From an uncultured Desulfosarcina sp. (GTDB lineage Bacteria > Desulfobacterota > Desulfobacteria > Desulfobacterales > Desulfosarcinaceae): 64,000 nucleotides of DNA. Below the pieces are notes generated by a model. That model had not been told where the DNA came from. It made no database searches and saw only the letters and a list, made by a program, of their open reading frames with translations. The DNA lies in assembly GCA_963674945.2 (NCBI GenBank), contig CAXXWQ010000003.1, positions 960,001 through 1,024,000 of the forward strand, in the 5' to 3' direction. This document shows positions 1-9,482 of this stretch, piece by piece. Made by a program: the position numbers and the translations under genes. How positions within the stretch are numbered: position 1 is the stretch's first letter; each line of letters begins with the position of its first letter.

Positions 1-2
1 AC

Positions 3-461
3 GATCCTTCGTTTTTGCAATTCATCCCTTATTGCCTGGTCACGCAAGGTGACAGAGTTTTCCTGATGCGGCGTCTGGAAAACGGCGAGGAATCCCGGCT
101 TCACAATAAACATTCCATCGGCGTCGGCGGCCATATGAACCCGATAGTACAGGTATCCCCGATAAAATTAATCGAAGAGAACATGTTTCGGGAACTCAAT
201 GAGGAGATAATTATTTCATTTCCTCAACCGGACAGAAAGTTCCCGTTTGAAATCATCGGGTTGCTGTTTTCAGACAAAACGCCCGTGGATATGGTTCATT
301 TGGGCGTCATTTACAGAATTGATCTGCCGATGGGCGCGACCGTCAGGATCAGAGAAAAGGATCAATTGAAGGGTAAATTCGTATCCTTCAACGAGGCTGC
401 AACCGCCCCGAATTTGGAAACATGGTCGAAAATTTGTCTTGATGAATATCTCATCAATTGA
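3..461 (+). CDS. NUDIX-like phosphoesterase, phage-encoded (5'-truncated by window edge)
   Basis: Frame open from position 3 (DPSFLQFIPY...); motifs ESRLHNKHSIGVGGHMN, RELNEE (Nudix-box-like) and VHLG/LETWS. Confidence 0.75.
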   Translation, partial: DPSFLQFIPYCLVTQGDRVFLMRRLENGEESRLHNKHSIGVGGHMNPIVQVSPIKLIEENMFRELNEEIIISFPQPDRKFPFEIIGLLFSDKTPVDMVHLGVIYRIDLPMGATVRIREKDQLKGKFVSFNEAATAPNLETWSKICLDEYLIN

Positions 462-473
462 ATGGAGGAAGCT

Positions 474-1019
474 ATGTTGCAAATCATCGTTATCAATGGA
501 GTAGCGGAAAACGGAAAGGATTCATTCGTCAAATATTGCGACGGGTTTTTCCCCGGGATGGTCTTCAACCACAGCACAGTGTCAACTGTGAAGGAGGCCG
601 CAAAATTGTTTGGCGCCGACGAAGCGGTCTGCAAAGGTGAAGCCGAACGGCGGCTTTGGTCCGACATGAAGGATGCTTATACCCGATATTGCGATGGTCC
701 ATTCAAAGAGATCGTAGAACGGATCGACATCCTGGATCGGGCTTATGGCCAAACATCAAATTCACTCATATTCCTTCACATCCGCGAACCGGGTGAAATA
801 AAAAAGGTCAAAGACAAATATCCGGATCGTTGCGTGGTCATTTTGGTCAGCAATGAAAACTTGGAACATGTCCCCGAAAATCATGCAGATCAGAATGTCC
901 GTAATTACAACTATGACAAACTCATCCAGAACAACGACAGTTTGGATGATCTAAAAAACGAAGCCCGAATCTTTGTTGAGGACATTTTAAAAAAAATGCC
1001 CGAAATTCTTTGTAATTAA
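474..1019 (+). CDS. P-loop nucleotide kinase-like phage protein (dNMP kinase family)
   Basis: N-terminal INGVAENGKD P-loop, HIREPGE and YDKLIQN motifs; RBS GGAGG before ATG 474. Confidence 0.65.
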   Translation: MLQIIVINGVAENGKDSFVKYCDGFFPGMVFNHSTVSTVKEAAKLFGADEAVCKGEAERRLWSDMKDAYTRYCDGPFKEIVERIDILDRAYGQTSNSLIFLHIREPGEIKKVKDKYPDRCVVILVSNENLEHVPENHADQNVRNYNYDKLIQNNDSLDDLKNEARIFVEDILKKMPEILCN

Positions 1020-1036
1020 TTACTTTGGAGGAACCA

Positions 1037-1315
1037 ATGGAGGCACCGAAAAAATCGAGACAAATCCGAAGGGCCGAACGGCGAACTGCAGCAAAAAAGC
1101 AGCCTGACTATCAGGAATTGAAAAATCAGTTAATAAAAGCCGTCACTCTCCTTCAGCAAGAGCAACTCCATCTCAGTACCATCTATCGGTTGCTGCTGGA
1201 AAAGAAGGTATTCACAACGGAAGAGTTCCAAAAGAAACAACTCCAGATCGTCCAAGAGATGACCACGAAACCTCAATTGCAGGCAACGCCGATAAAGGAG
1301 GCTCAAAATGCGTAA
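1037..1315 (+). CDS. hypothetical phage protein
   Basis: RBS GGAGG, tightly packed in phage operon; basic N-terminus then helical region. Confidence 0.6.
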   Translation: MEAPKKSRQIRRAERRTAAKKQPDYQELKNQLIKAVTLLQQEQLHLSTIYRLLLEKKVFTTEEFQKKQLQIVQEMTTKPQLQATPIKEAQNA

Positions 1316-1421
1316 GTTTACAAATCCGGGATCGGTCACCATCACCAGTGAATATCGAAAATACCGGAAGAAACGAAACAGAATGGCTCAATCAAGCCGC
1401 CGGCGCAACAGACAAAATTGA
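1308..1421 (+). CDS. small basic hypothetical phage protein (37 aa)
   Basis: AAGGAGG RBS before ATG 1308; MRKFTNPGSVTITSEYRKYRKKRNRMAQSSRRRNRQN; overlaps upstream stop; below ORF-track cutoff. Confidence 0.5.
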   Translation: MRKFTNPGSVTITSEYRKYRKKRNRMAQSSRRRNRQN

Positions 1422-1457
1422 TATGGAAACTCAATCTGAATATATGGAGACTCTATT

Positions 1458-1781
1458 ATGATTTCAATTCCCGACACACCGCCGCCTGGCACTGTTGATC
1501 GCCGAGACGGCAGCACGAAAGGTGAATGCGGTATTACGACAACCGGGTGCCTGTTCTGTAAAGATCAGATCGCCGGATCATCCACATACGTCCAAAACTA
1601 CGATCAAATGAAATGGGGCCCCAGAGATGGCTGCCAATTCGCCACCTGCCCTTTTTGGGGACAATCGGATTGCTGGTATCAAATGGTAGACCGGAAACGC
1701 GTTCCCAAAACAGAATGCCCCATTTATAAAAGGAAGCAATTGACCGGTGTATGGGAAGATGTAGAAAGGGAAGAACTATGA
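1458..1781 (+). CDS. Cys-rich hypothetical phage protein
   Basis: RBS GGAG; CxxC and several other Cys; ATGA overlap with next gene. Confidence 0.6.
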   Translation: MISIPDTPPPGTVDRRDGSTKGECGITTTGCLFCKDQIAGSSTYVQNYDQMKWGPRDGCQFATCPFWGQSDCWYQMVDRKRVPKTECPIYKRKQLTGVWEDVEREEL

Positions 1782-2110
1782 AAGTGAAAAGAGGTTGGAT
1801 TGGTTTCGACCTTGATGGCACTTTGGCCAATACCAGGACACCGACTGAAAATCTTCAAAGTATAGGTGAACCGATCCCGGATATGATCAAACGATTAAAG
1901 GATCATTTGAAAAAAGGATGGAAAGTGAAGATCCTCACCGCCCGAGCAAATGATCCTCGTCAAATTCCGTTAATTCAACAATGGTTGAAAGATTGCAACT
2001 TGCCCAGCAACATCGAAATCACATCCAAAAAAGATTATGACATGATCTGTTTTTATGATGATCGAGCCATAACCGTCGAACGAAATACTGGTCGCGTCGT
2101 TATCAAATAA
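1778..2110 (+). CDS. HAD-superfamily phosphatase (phage polynucleotide kinase/phosphatase-like)
   Basis: WIGFDLDGTLA motif I, ILTAR motif II, YDDRA motif IV. Confidence 0.8.
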   Translation: MKVKRGWIGFDLDGTLANTRTPTENLQSIGEPIPDMIKRLKDHLKKGWKVKILTARANDPRQIPLIQQWLKDCNLPSNIEITSKKDYDMICFYDDRAITVERNTGRVVIK

Positions 2111-2116
2111 TTCAAC

Positions 2117-2148
2117 GCCCCCGACTTCGGTCGGGGGCATCTTTTTTT
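2117..2148 (+). terminator. rho-independent terminator
   Basis: GCCCCCGAC-TTCG-GTCGGGGGC followed by T-tract. Confidence 0.85.
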
Positions 2149-2167
2149 GTTTTGAAAGGTAATTCCT

Positions 2168-2365
2168 ATGGAAAATAACAGAACGATCGAACCAATTTTG
2201 CTGACAATCAAAGAAACAGCTAAATATCTGAATATCTCTCCGAGAACCATCTATAACGGCGTTGCACCCAATTCATTGAACCCTTTTCCCGTCAGACCCA
2301 AACGGCTGGGCCGCAAAGTGCTTTTCCACAAGAAAGACCTTGATACATATTTGGAGACACTATAA
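2168..2365 (+). CDS. excisionase / HTH_17 DNA-binding protein
   Basis: LLTIKETAKYLNISPRTIYN HTH and RLGRKVLF wing; directly upstream of integrase. Confidence 0.8.
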   Translation: MENNRTIEPILLTIKETAKYLNISPRTIYNGVAPNSLNPFPVRPKRLGRKVLFHKKDLDTYLETL

Positions 2366-2422
2366 AAAAAATCATCTGCAGTTCAATTTCCTACCCATCC
2401 CAAAAAAAAGAAAGAACTTATT

Positions 2423-3571
2423 ATGGCCATAATGGTTCAATGCCCCCAATGTTGGAAACGTCGTTCATTAAAACATGATATATGCCCAGGTTGCGGTTTT
2501 GATCTCAAAAATGCCCGAAAACATAAAAAAGTCAAATATGTTGCGTATCTTTTTTATTCCTCAATAAACAAAAGAAAAAGTGAATATTTTGAAACCCTTA
2601 AAGAAGCTCAAGACGCTGAAAGAGAACACCAACAAATTAGAACAGAACAAGAAGATGATACCGCTTTATATTTAGGTGAAAAAGTAACCGTCGAGGGTTT
2701 GCTTAAATGGTTTTTAAGATTGAAAAAAATTCAGAAAACCGCACGTTATAAAAATGGAGTGTATTCTGCACATCGAAAACTTATCAACGCGGGCCTTGGA
2801 CCATATCCGGTAGTCAAATTGTCTTTGACAACATTGGAAGATTTTCAAGCCGACTTGGAAGAGAATTATAAATCCAATTATGTCGATTCGATATTTAAAA
2901 CCTTAAAACAAGCAATTAATAAAGGAGTGGATGATGACCAATTGCCAATAAAGGTTTTGAAACCTTTTCGAAAATTTAAGCCGAGCATGGCCAATAAAAA
3001 TGCCGATGCGCGATACCGGATTATCACACCCGAAGAATTCGATTTACTTTATCAAAAAGCACTTCCCCATCATAAACCATATCTGGCTTTGTTGTATTGG
3101 TCTGGTATGAGGCCCGGGGAGGCGCGGAATCTGGTTTGGTCGCAAGTTTATCTTAAACGTCAACAAATCATATTGGAATCTGAAGATACCAAGACCGAAG
3201 ACCCACGCATCGTCCCGATCGCTCCTCCATTAGTTGAAATCCTTAAAAACCATCCCCGAGCATTAAAAACGGACTGTGTTTTTAATTATCGTGGAGAGCC
3301 ATTAAAAAATATTTATAATAGTATGCGGGATTTATCAAAAAAAGTTGGTATTCCATGGGGTCGAAAAATTAGAGGCGGCTGGACGCTTCACGACTTACGA
3401 CACACCTGGGTGACAAATGCCAGGAAAGCTGGAGTTGCCGAATCAGTTATTATGAAAATCACAGGTCATAGGACTCGTGAAATGTTTGATAGATATAATT
3501 TTGTAGATGAATCAGATGCAATGAAGGCTGGAGACCTTTTAACCGATTTTATGAATAAGAGGATAGGATAA
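2423..3571 (+). CDS. int: tyrosine recombinase / phage integrase with N-terminal Zn-ribbon
   Basis: Catalytic set GMRPGE, TKT, HDLRH, TGH, RY; N-terminal CPQC...CPGC. Confidence 0.95.
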   Translation: MAIMVQCPQCWKRRSLKHDICPGCGFDLKNARKHKKVKYVAYLFYSSINKRKSEYFETLKEAQDAEREHQQIRTEQEDDTALYLGEKVTVEGLLKWFLRLKKIQKTARYKNGVYSAHRKLINAGLGPYPVVKLSLTTLEDFQADLEENYKSNYVDSIFKTLKQAINKGVDDDQLPIKVLKPFRKFKPSMANKNADARYRIITPEEFDLLYQKALPHHKPYLALLYWSGMRPGEARNLVWSQVYLKRQQIILESEDTKTEDPRIVPIAPPLVEILKNHPRALKTDCVFNYRGEPLKNIYNSMRDLSKKVGIPWGRKIRGGWTLHDLRHTWVTNARKAGVAESVIMKITGHRTREMFDRYNFVDESDAMKAGDLLTDFMNKRIG

Positions 3572-3582
3572 AAATATATGTA

Positions 3583-3658
3583 TTCCGGAAACGGCTGGAG
3601 TAACAATGTTCCAAAAGGAAGGGAAAACACTATGAATTCCGGAAACGTTCCGGAAACG
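3583..3658. repeat. TTCCGGAAACG x3, probable integrase arm-type sites
   Basis: Copies at 3583, 3637 and 3648, between integrase and att core. Confidence 0.6.
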
Positions 3659-3805
3659 GAGTTCCCAATGTTATATCATTTTCACTGTAATTACTTACTT
3701 TTTCTTGATTCTCCTAAATCTTTTATTCAATTGTTTTTATTGATTTTTTATGCATTGTAACTACTTACTATTATTGTAATTTTTTAGTTTAAAAACCCCA
3801 AATCA

Positions 3806-3862
3806 ATCTTGAGGGGGTAGTGGCCAACGGTCGTGCGGGTTCAAGTCCCGCCCTCGGCACCA
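3806..3862 (+). other. att site: 3' fragment of tRNA-Leu(GAG), not an intact tRNA
   Basis: ATCTTGAGGGGGTAG anticodon arm, long variable arm, GGGTTCAAGTCCC T-arm, ends CACCA; no D-arm or 5' acceptor strand upstream. Confidence 0.9.
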
Positions 3863-3871
3863 TAAATAATT

Positions 3872-3911
3872 AAAGGGTTTGGAGAGATGATGCCTCTTCA
3901 AGCCTTTTTTT
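3872..3911 (+). terminator. terminator downstream of tRNA fragment
   Basis: AAAGGGTTTGGAGAG / CTCTTCAAGCCTTT stem followed by T-tract. Confidence 0.65.
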
Positions 3912-4303
3912 ATTGGTATTTACAGGGTGGGGTTTTCCAAAAACATCATCCCATGATCCATATTCGTACTGCTGTCGTACCTTATTAACCGCCTTACAAA
4001 GATCTTTTGATAGCCAATGAGGTATTGGTATCGTTTCTTCAATGTTCCGCTTTCATCTGCACCTCTCGAAAGTGCGCTTGATGGGAAGCCAGGGAAGGGC
4101 CGGTCGAGAATCCCGGCCATTCGGTCCCGATGACCCGTCGGGGCCTATCCCTGGTTGCGAATGGAAAAATCTATGATTCAGAGAGTTCCGCACAACATAT
4201 ACCAATTATGACATTCATTTCCCTTATTGGTTGGCGTAAAAAGTTGTTGTGCAAAGCAGCAGTTAAAAAATCATCTAATAACTGATTATCATTTATTATT
4301 TAA

Positions 4304-4322
4304 AAGTGACCCATGGTCATTT
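4304..4322. promoter_or_regulatory. palindromic operator TGACC-N3-GGTCA, copy 1
   Basis: TGACCCATGGTCA at 4307-4319 just upstream of TTGAC; conserved at 7781-7793. Confidence 0.6.
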
Positions 4323-4456
4323 ATTTCTTGACCATCCGTTTTTTATTACTTATTTTCCACCAAATGATAGCAGGTCAGTACACAAAAGCCCGATCGGCAC
4401 TCAGGTTATTACGAATGACACGATTGAATGTAAAAACAAATAGAAGAGGTTTTATT

Positions 4457-4750
4457 ATGAAAAAGACCTTTATCACCTTACTGGTGATGGCATCCTTCGG
4501 CATAGCATCTTCGGCCCATGCTTTTTTTGATCCCATTAATACGCCATTAATAGGAATCTTTGGCGGTCTCTTAAATGGATTTAACACTCCAGAGAACCAG
4601 ACCGACGATCAGCAGATGGTATGTGTTCATGTCAAAGATGTGAAAAATGAAAAGGCCAAAAAACAGACCAAAATTGAACCGGAGAAATTTAATATTCCTA
4701 CCTTGCCAATGGTGCTTTCCTTCATTGGGGGCAGCTCCATTCATTTCTGA
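4457..4750 (+). CDS. small secreted hypothetical protein (paralog A)
   Basis: RBS GAGG; signal peptide MKKTFITLLVMASFGIASSAHA; similar to 7935..8270. Confidence 0.7.
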   Translation: MKKTFITLLVMASFGIASSAHAFFDPINTPLIGIFGGLLNGFNTPENQTDDQQMVCVHVKDVKNEKAKKQTKIEPEKFNIPTLPMVLSFIGGSSIHF

Positions 4751-4948
4751 ATATAGTGTATCAAAATGGCCGCACCATAGCGGGGTAATGGTCTCGCTGG
4801 TCATTTTTTGGTCAAGAAGGGGCAAAAAACAGCCCCCTGTTTCCCTACCCTTCGCTGAGATTCCCATTTTGTACCGAAGTTCTCAACAGATTGAACTTAC
4901 AAGTTCTCTCTGTTTGCCTGCTTTTCAATGTAATTCCAGACACATGGA

Positions 4949-5001
4949 TTGACGGGGCAGTGACCAACGGTCGTGCGGGTTCAAGTCCCACCCTCGCACC
5001 A
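4949..5001 (+). repeat. degenerate second copy of tRNA-Leu 3' end (att scar)
   Basis: TTGACGGGGCAGTGACCAACGGTCGTGCGGGTTCAAGTCCCACCCTCGCACCA, similar to 3809-3862. Confidence 0.85.
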
Positions 5002-5255
5002 ACAATACATTATGAAAATGGGGATTTACGAAATCGTAATCCCCATTTTTTGTTGGCCAGATGTTGCCCATCTTTTTTATCGTTGCATTATCACAAAAAG
5101 AATTACTTTGTATGTCGGTCAACCATTATTTCTGCAGACGATTGTTGCCCGCTATCATGCCGACGTTATTTTATTGAATTGCATGTTGGCCCGTGGCATG
5201 TGAGGGTATCAGATCCTTTTTTGAATAGGCACGGACAAAAGAGTCCGGTTCCAGT

Positions 5256-7448
5256 GTGGATGCCATGTTAGATGTCCCTTCTTTCAGACAAAAGCCCGGC
5301 TATTGCGGCCCGGCATCGTTAAAAATGGTGCTGGGCTATCTCGGCGTTAACATCACGGAAAAGAAATTGGCGCTGATATCCGGCTGCAAACCGTCCCGTG
5401 GGATCGGTGCGGAAGGTCTGGTGTTGACCGCCCAAAAGCTCGGCTTCCATGCCCGCGTAAAGGATTTTTCTGACCTGAAGGACATCCGGGAGTGGGTCAA
5501 CCGCAAAAAGCTGCCGGTCATCGTCGACTGGTTCGCCTTCGAAGGTGGCCACTACTCGGTCGTCAGTGGCATCGACAAAGAGAACATCTATCTCGAAGAC
5601 CCGAGCCTGGGTCATCGGCGGGCGCTGAAGCTCTCGACGTTCATGCGGCTGTGGTTCGACTTCCCTACCAACTACCTCCGATCCAGGGATGATCTGATCA
5701 TCCGACGGATGATCATCATCGACAGGCGCTCCCAGTATGAACGGTTTCGGAAAACCAGCGGCTTTTATGAAGAATTGAAGAAGCTGGCGGACGGGCGGCG
5801 CGACATCCAGATCGAACGGCATCGCCTCAAACACGATCGTAAGGGATACGATTTCTACCGCATCGCCTCGCGCAACGCCGAACCGCGCGACCGGTTCATG
5901 CTCATCCGCGCCGGGGTCCACGGTGATGAAGTGGCCGGCCCGTTGACCATCCTCCATTATTTCAACCGCATCGTCGACTATGCCCACAAACGAGGGCTCA
6001 AGCTCATCATCTATCCGCTGGGCAATCCAGCCGGCTACGATGCCCGGCAGCGCTACAACACCGATGACGCCGAGGAATCGGCCGTGAACAACGATTTCGT
6101 GCGCTACGAGCTTGAAAACGGAAATATCGTGGATGATGTCCGTCGGGGCGCTAAATTCAGGCGGTGGTACTGGTCGTCCGACAGCCGGCTGCAGTTGAGC
6201 CTGCCGGCCGAAACGCGCCTCATGCACCACCTTCTGCGGCGCGACCCCCTTGAAAACATCGTCGCGGCTCTTGATCTGCATCAGGACAACATCTCCCGGA
6301 TCGACCAAGCCGCCACCTACCACTACGCATTCGGTGATCTCTCGGTCTACCGCAGGATCGTGGAGACGATCCGCAAGGCCGTGCCGGTTCTGGATCACAA
6401 GATAATCAGCGCCGGACAAACCAGCGGTATGCGAACCGACGAAGAGGGCTTCATCGTCCGGCACGACGGCACCTTGGGCGATCTGCTGTCCCGGTTGGGA
6501 GTACCGTATCCGGTTACGGCCGAAACCACCGGAAGAACACCGCTCGATAAGGCTTTTCGGGTCAATTGGTTGTGGATCAAGGGGCTGATCGACCTGACGG
6601 CACGAAAACGCGCCGTCGTCAAACGGCCGTTTGCCGGCGAGGTCGCCCAACCATTCAAGAAACATGCAACCGGGCATCGCCTGATCAGAACTGGCCGCAT
6701 CGCGACGGATGCCGGCGTTCACCCCATCTACGCGGCCTTGACCCGGAACTACCGCAGCGATCTTCCCCGCATCATTCTCTCGGCCGGCATTCACGGCGAA
6801 GAACCGGCCGGCATCTATGCACTCCTGGATTTCATGAAGCGGGGCATGACCCAATTCCTGAGGCATTTTTCATTTCTGATCCTGCCCTGCCTCAATCCGT
6901 ACGGTTTCACCCGCGGTGTGCGTTACGGCAGCGGTGCGGCCGATCTAAACCGCGCCTTCGACAAGGTGTCCGGGGTGCCGGAGGTAGCGGCCGTAAAGGA
7001 TCTGATTCACCAGTTTCCCGGTCCTTACCGCCTTGCAATCGACCTTCACGAAACCGACACTTATATGCCGCGGGGCAAGGCGTTGTCGGTCGAGGACATT
7101 CCCGCCGGCTTCTATATGTACGAAACCATCCCCGACGGACGGCCGGTTCTTGGCGAGAAAATTCTCCAAGATCTCCGCACCGCAGGCTACACCATTACAA
7201 AGCGCCGATCAGTCTACGGTGCCGAATGCCGCAACGGCCTGATCGCCTCTGTTTCCCCCGACTCTCCCGACTACCCGACGCTGCCCGAATTCAACAGCAC
7301 GCTGGACTGGTATCTGCTCAAGCACTGCTACACGGACCATTTCATCGCAACCGAGACACCCACCGCCTGGCCCCTGCAACGACGGATCGCCGCCCACAAG
7401 AAAGCGCTGATCTGTACGCTCAATCACCTTAAAAAGTATTTGAAATAA
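5256..7448 (+). CDS. C39 cysteine peptidase fused to two M14 Zn-carboxypeptidase/desuccinylase domains
   Basis: QKPGYCGPASL, GHYSVV, EDP (C39); GVHGDE...DLHQD and GIHGEE...DLNR...DLHET (M14 x2); start may be ATG 5265. Confidence 0.8.
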   Translation: MDAMLDVPSFRQKPGYCGPASLKMVLGYLGVNITEKKLALISGCKPSRGIGAEGLVLTAQKLGFHARVKDFSDLKDIREWVNRKKLPVIVDWFAFEGGHYSVVSGIDKENIYLEDPSLGHRRALKLSTFMRLWFDFPTNYLRSRDDLIIRRMIIIDRRSQYERFRKTSGFYEELKKLADGRRDIQIERHRLKHDRKGYDFYRIASRNAEPRDRFMLIRAGVHGDEVAGPLTILHYFNRIVDYAHKRGLKLIIYPLGNPAGYDARQRYNTDDAEESAVNNDFVRYELENGNIVDDVRRGAKFRRWYWSSDSRLQLSLPAETRLMHHLLRRDPLENIVAALDLHQDNISRIDQAATYHYAFGDLSVYRRIVETIRKAVPVLDHKIISAGQTSGMRTDEEGFIVRHDGTLGDLLSRLGVPYPVTAETTGRTPLDKAFRVNWLWIKGLIDLTARKRAVVKRPFAGEVAQPFKKHATGHRLIRTGRIATDAGVHPIYAALTRNYRSDLPRIILSAGIHGEEPAGIYALLDFMKRGMTQFLRHFSFLILPCLNPYGFTRGVRYGSGAADLNRAFDKVSGVPEVAAVKDLIHQFPGPYRLAIDLHETDTYMPRGKALSVEDIPAGFYMYETIPDGRPVLGEKILQDLRTAGYTITKRRSVYGAECRNGLIASVSPDSPDYPTLPEFNSTLDWYLLKHCYTDHFIATETPTAWPLQRRIAAHKKALICTLNHLKKYLK

Positions 7449-7777
7449 TAAAATTATATTACTGAGATATGTAATGCAAAGGCGGGATACCCCTGTAATG
7501 GGTACTGGACATCCTCGTGTCGGCACATCGATTTGTATACCTTTCTCTGGTGTGGATCGATGTTCGTTTTATTGGAATTGTGCATATGAGCGACTTGCCC
7601 CTTGCCATCAACTATACTCGTGTCGCCTGAAGAATATATTGTACGTCGCGTTTTCTTTCGCTCAGCCTGTATCCAGAATATAAGAACCAGTCCTATTATC
7701 TACGAAGATTAAAAAATTTGTGGTCCAAACAGCATATCAAAAAACCATCAAAAACTTGATAATCATTCATTATATAA

Positions 7778-7796
7778 AAATGACCCAAGGTCATTT
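7778..7796. promoter_or_regulatory. palindromic operator, copy 2
   Basis: AAATGACCCAAGGTCATTT upstream of TTGACT. Confidence 0.6.
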
Positions 7797-7934
7797 AATT
7801 CTTGACTGTTACTTACCGGATATTTAATTTACACCGAAATTACCGCAGATTTCCGTATCCAAAGATTGATCTGCAGGCTGCATCATACGAGTGGCGCGAT
7901 TGAATGTAAAAACAGACAAAAATGAGGTTATACG

Positions 7935-8270
7935 ATGAAAACGATTTTCATTACCCTTATCGTCTTCCTGGCAATAGTATTCTTTGGTATGGCATCTTCG
8001 GCGCGTGCTTTTTTTGTTCCCATTTCTTCCACAGTTGCGTCAATCTTCGGCGGTAGCCTGATCGTAGGTATCAAGGCTCCGATGAACGGAAGCGGTATGG
8101 TAATGGGCGTTGATACGCCAAAGATCCAAATCGACCATCAGCAGACGAAATGTGCCCGGTTCAAAGATCAGAAGGATCAGGAAGAAAACCAGACAAGAAA
8201 ACAGGTTCGAAATTTTGTAATCTTACCCCTGCTGGTTCCAAGCGGTGGAGGCAACCTCTCTTATTTTTAA
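7935..8270 (+). CDS. small secreted hypothetical protein (paralog B)
   Basis: RBS GAGG; signal peptide ending SSARA; shares FF.PI, IFGG, single Cys and C-terminal GG..F with 4457..4750. Confidence 0.7.
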   Translation: MKTIFITLIVFLAIVFFGMASSARAFFVPISSTVASIFGGSLIVGIKAPMNGSGMVMGVDTPKIQIDHQQTKCARFKDQKDQEENQTRKQVRNFVILPLLVPSGGGNLSYF

Positions 8271-8642
8271 TGGAATTACAAACTCCCTTTGCTTTCTTTT
8301 TTCCCTTTTAATTCCAAATACATGGCTCAAGGAGAACGGCCCCGCTCTCTTTGAATGAATGAAAAGCCGGATCCCCCCGTCCGGTCTTCAATCACATCGG
8401 ATCCGCTCGCATCCATTGTTCCATCCCATCGCCGATAATGGTCGCCCCCATTGATCCACGCCTACTTTTTGTTATATAGTAAAATTTTATCGGCCCTTTC
8501 ATTGGCGTTTCCATTGATCCGCGAAAGCCATAGGGAAAAATGAAAATATCCCCGTTTGTGCCTTTTGAACCGTTCGATTTCCATCCGATTGCGAATCCGG
8601 ATACCCCCTGAAACACAGACAATCTTCTAAGGAATTGTTTTT

Positions 8643-9410
8643 ATGGAATGTATGGAATATACGATCGATTTGGAGAGAAAGAGGAAACGTTTCTTTTTTT
8701 CATTATGCTGCCTGATCATCTTCTTTGTATTTTTTGTCATTACCGTTGTCAACTGGCTACAGCAGGACAGCAGTGAATTAGTGATCGACGTTTTGGTCCT
8801 TTTTATCATGGCCGGCGGATTCATCGCGGTAAAGACCCTGGACATCGATACCACTATTTATTTCGTCATCCATTCTCTGATCTCCTTGCTCCTTCTTTAT
8901 TCTATTTTCATTGGTGCTGGCAAGGAAATGGGGATCTTGTGGGTTTTCTTCATGCCGATACTCTTTTTCTTCTTCTTCGGGAAAAGGCAGGGATTGTTGT
9001 GGGCCATATCGTTTCTGACGGGTGTTTCCCTCATCATGCTTTTTCCACGGATCTTCAACGGGCACGTTTACAGCCATGAAACGGTTTGGCGATTTTTGAT
9101 CACCCTGATAGCGATCACCACTTTTTCCTATGGGTTGGAATCTTCGAGATACTTCTTCGGCAAATTGCTGGAGGAAAAGAATCGAATGCTGCTCAGGGAA
9201 AAGGATCGGCTCGATAAGGCTTTAAAAGAGATAAAGACCCTCAGCGGGTTGATACCGATATGCAGCAATTGCAAAAAAATTCGAAACGACCGGGGCTATT
9301 GGGAAACGGTTGAAGTTTATGTGACGAACCATAGCGATGCCACATTCAGTCACGGTATCTGCCCGGATTGCAGCAGCATCCTATATCCATGGATGAAGCA
9401 CAAAAAGTGA
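8643..9410 (+). CDS. multi-TM membrane protein with C-terminal Cys/His-rich signalling tail
   Basis: About six hydrophobic segments, coiled coil, then LIPICSNCKKIR...W...FSHGICPDC. Confidence 0.75.
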   Translation: MECMEYTIDLERKRKRFFFSLCCLIIFFVFFVITVVNWLQQDSSELVIDVLVLFIMAGGFIAVKTLDIDTTIYFVIHSLISLLLLYSIFIGAGKEMGILWVFFMPILFFFFFGKRQGLLWAISFLTGVSLIMLFPRIFNGHVYSHETVWRFLITLIAITTFSYGLESSRYFFGKLLEEKNRMLLREKDRLDKALKEIKTLSGLIPICSNCKKIRNDRGYWETVEVYVTNHSDATFSHGICPDCSSILYPWMKHKK

Positions 9411-9482
9411 AAGCAGCAACCCTATTTGCGTCAGCCGAGAATCACGGGCATGGCGCCACATCTTACGCAGATCTTTGACACT

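Larger units (their letters stand above)
1..3862. mobile_element. right end of a prophage integrated in tRNA-Leu(GAG)
   Basis: Phage-type genes, xis-int pair, AT-rich composition, ends in tRNA 3' fragment. Confidence 0.85.

Noticed and set aside
3780..3862. Intact tRNA-Leu gene
   Set aside because: No D-arm or 5' acceptor strand; only the 3' part is present
5319..6866. 515-aa minus-strand ORF
   Set aside because: Antisense to the motif-rich peptidase
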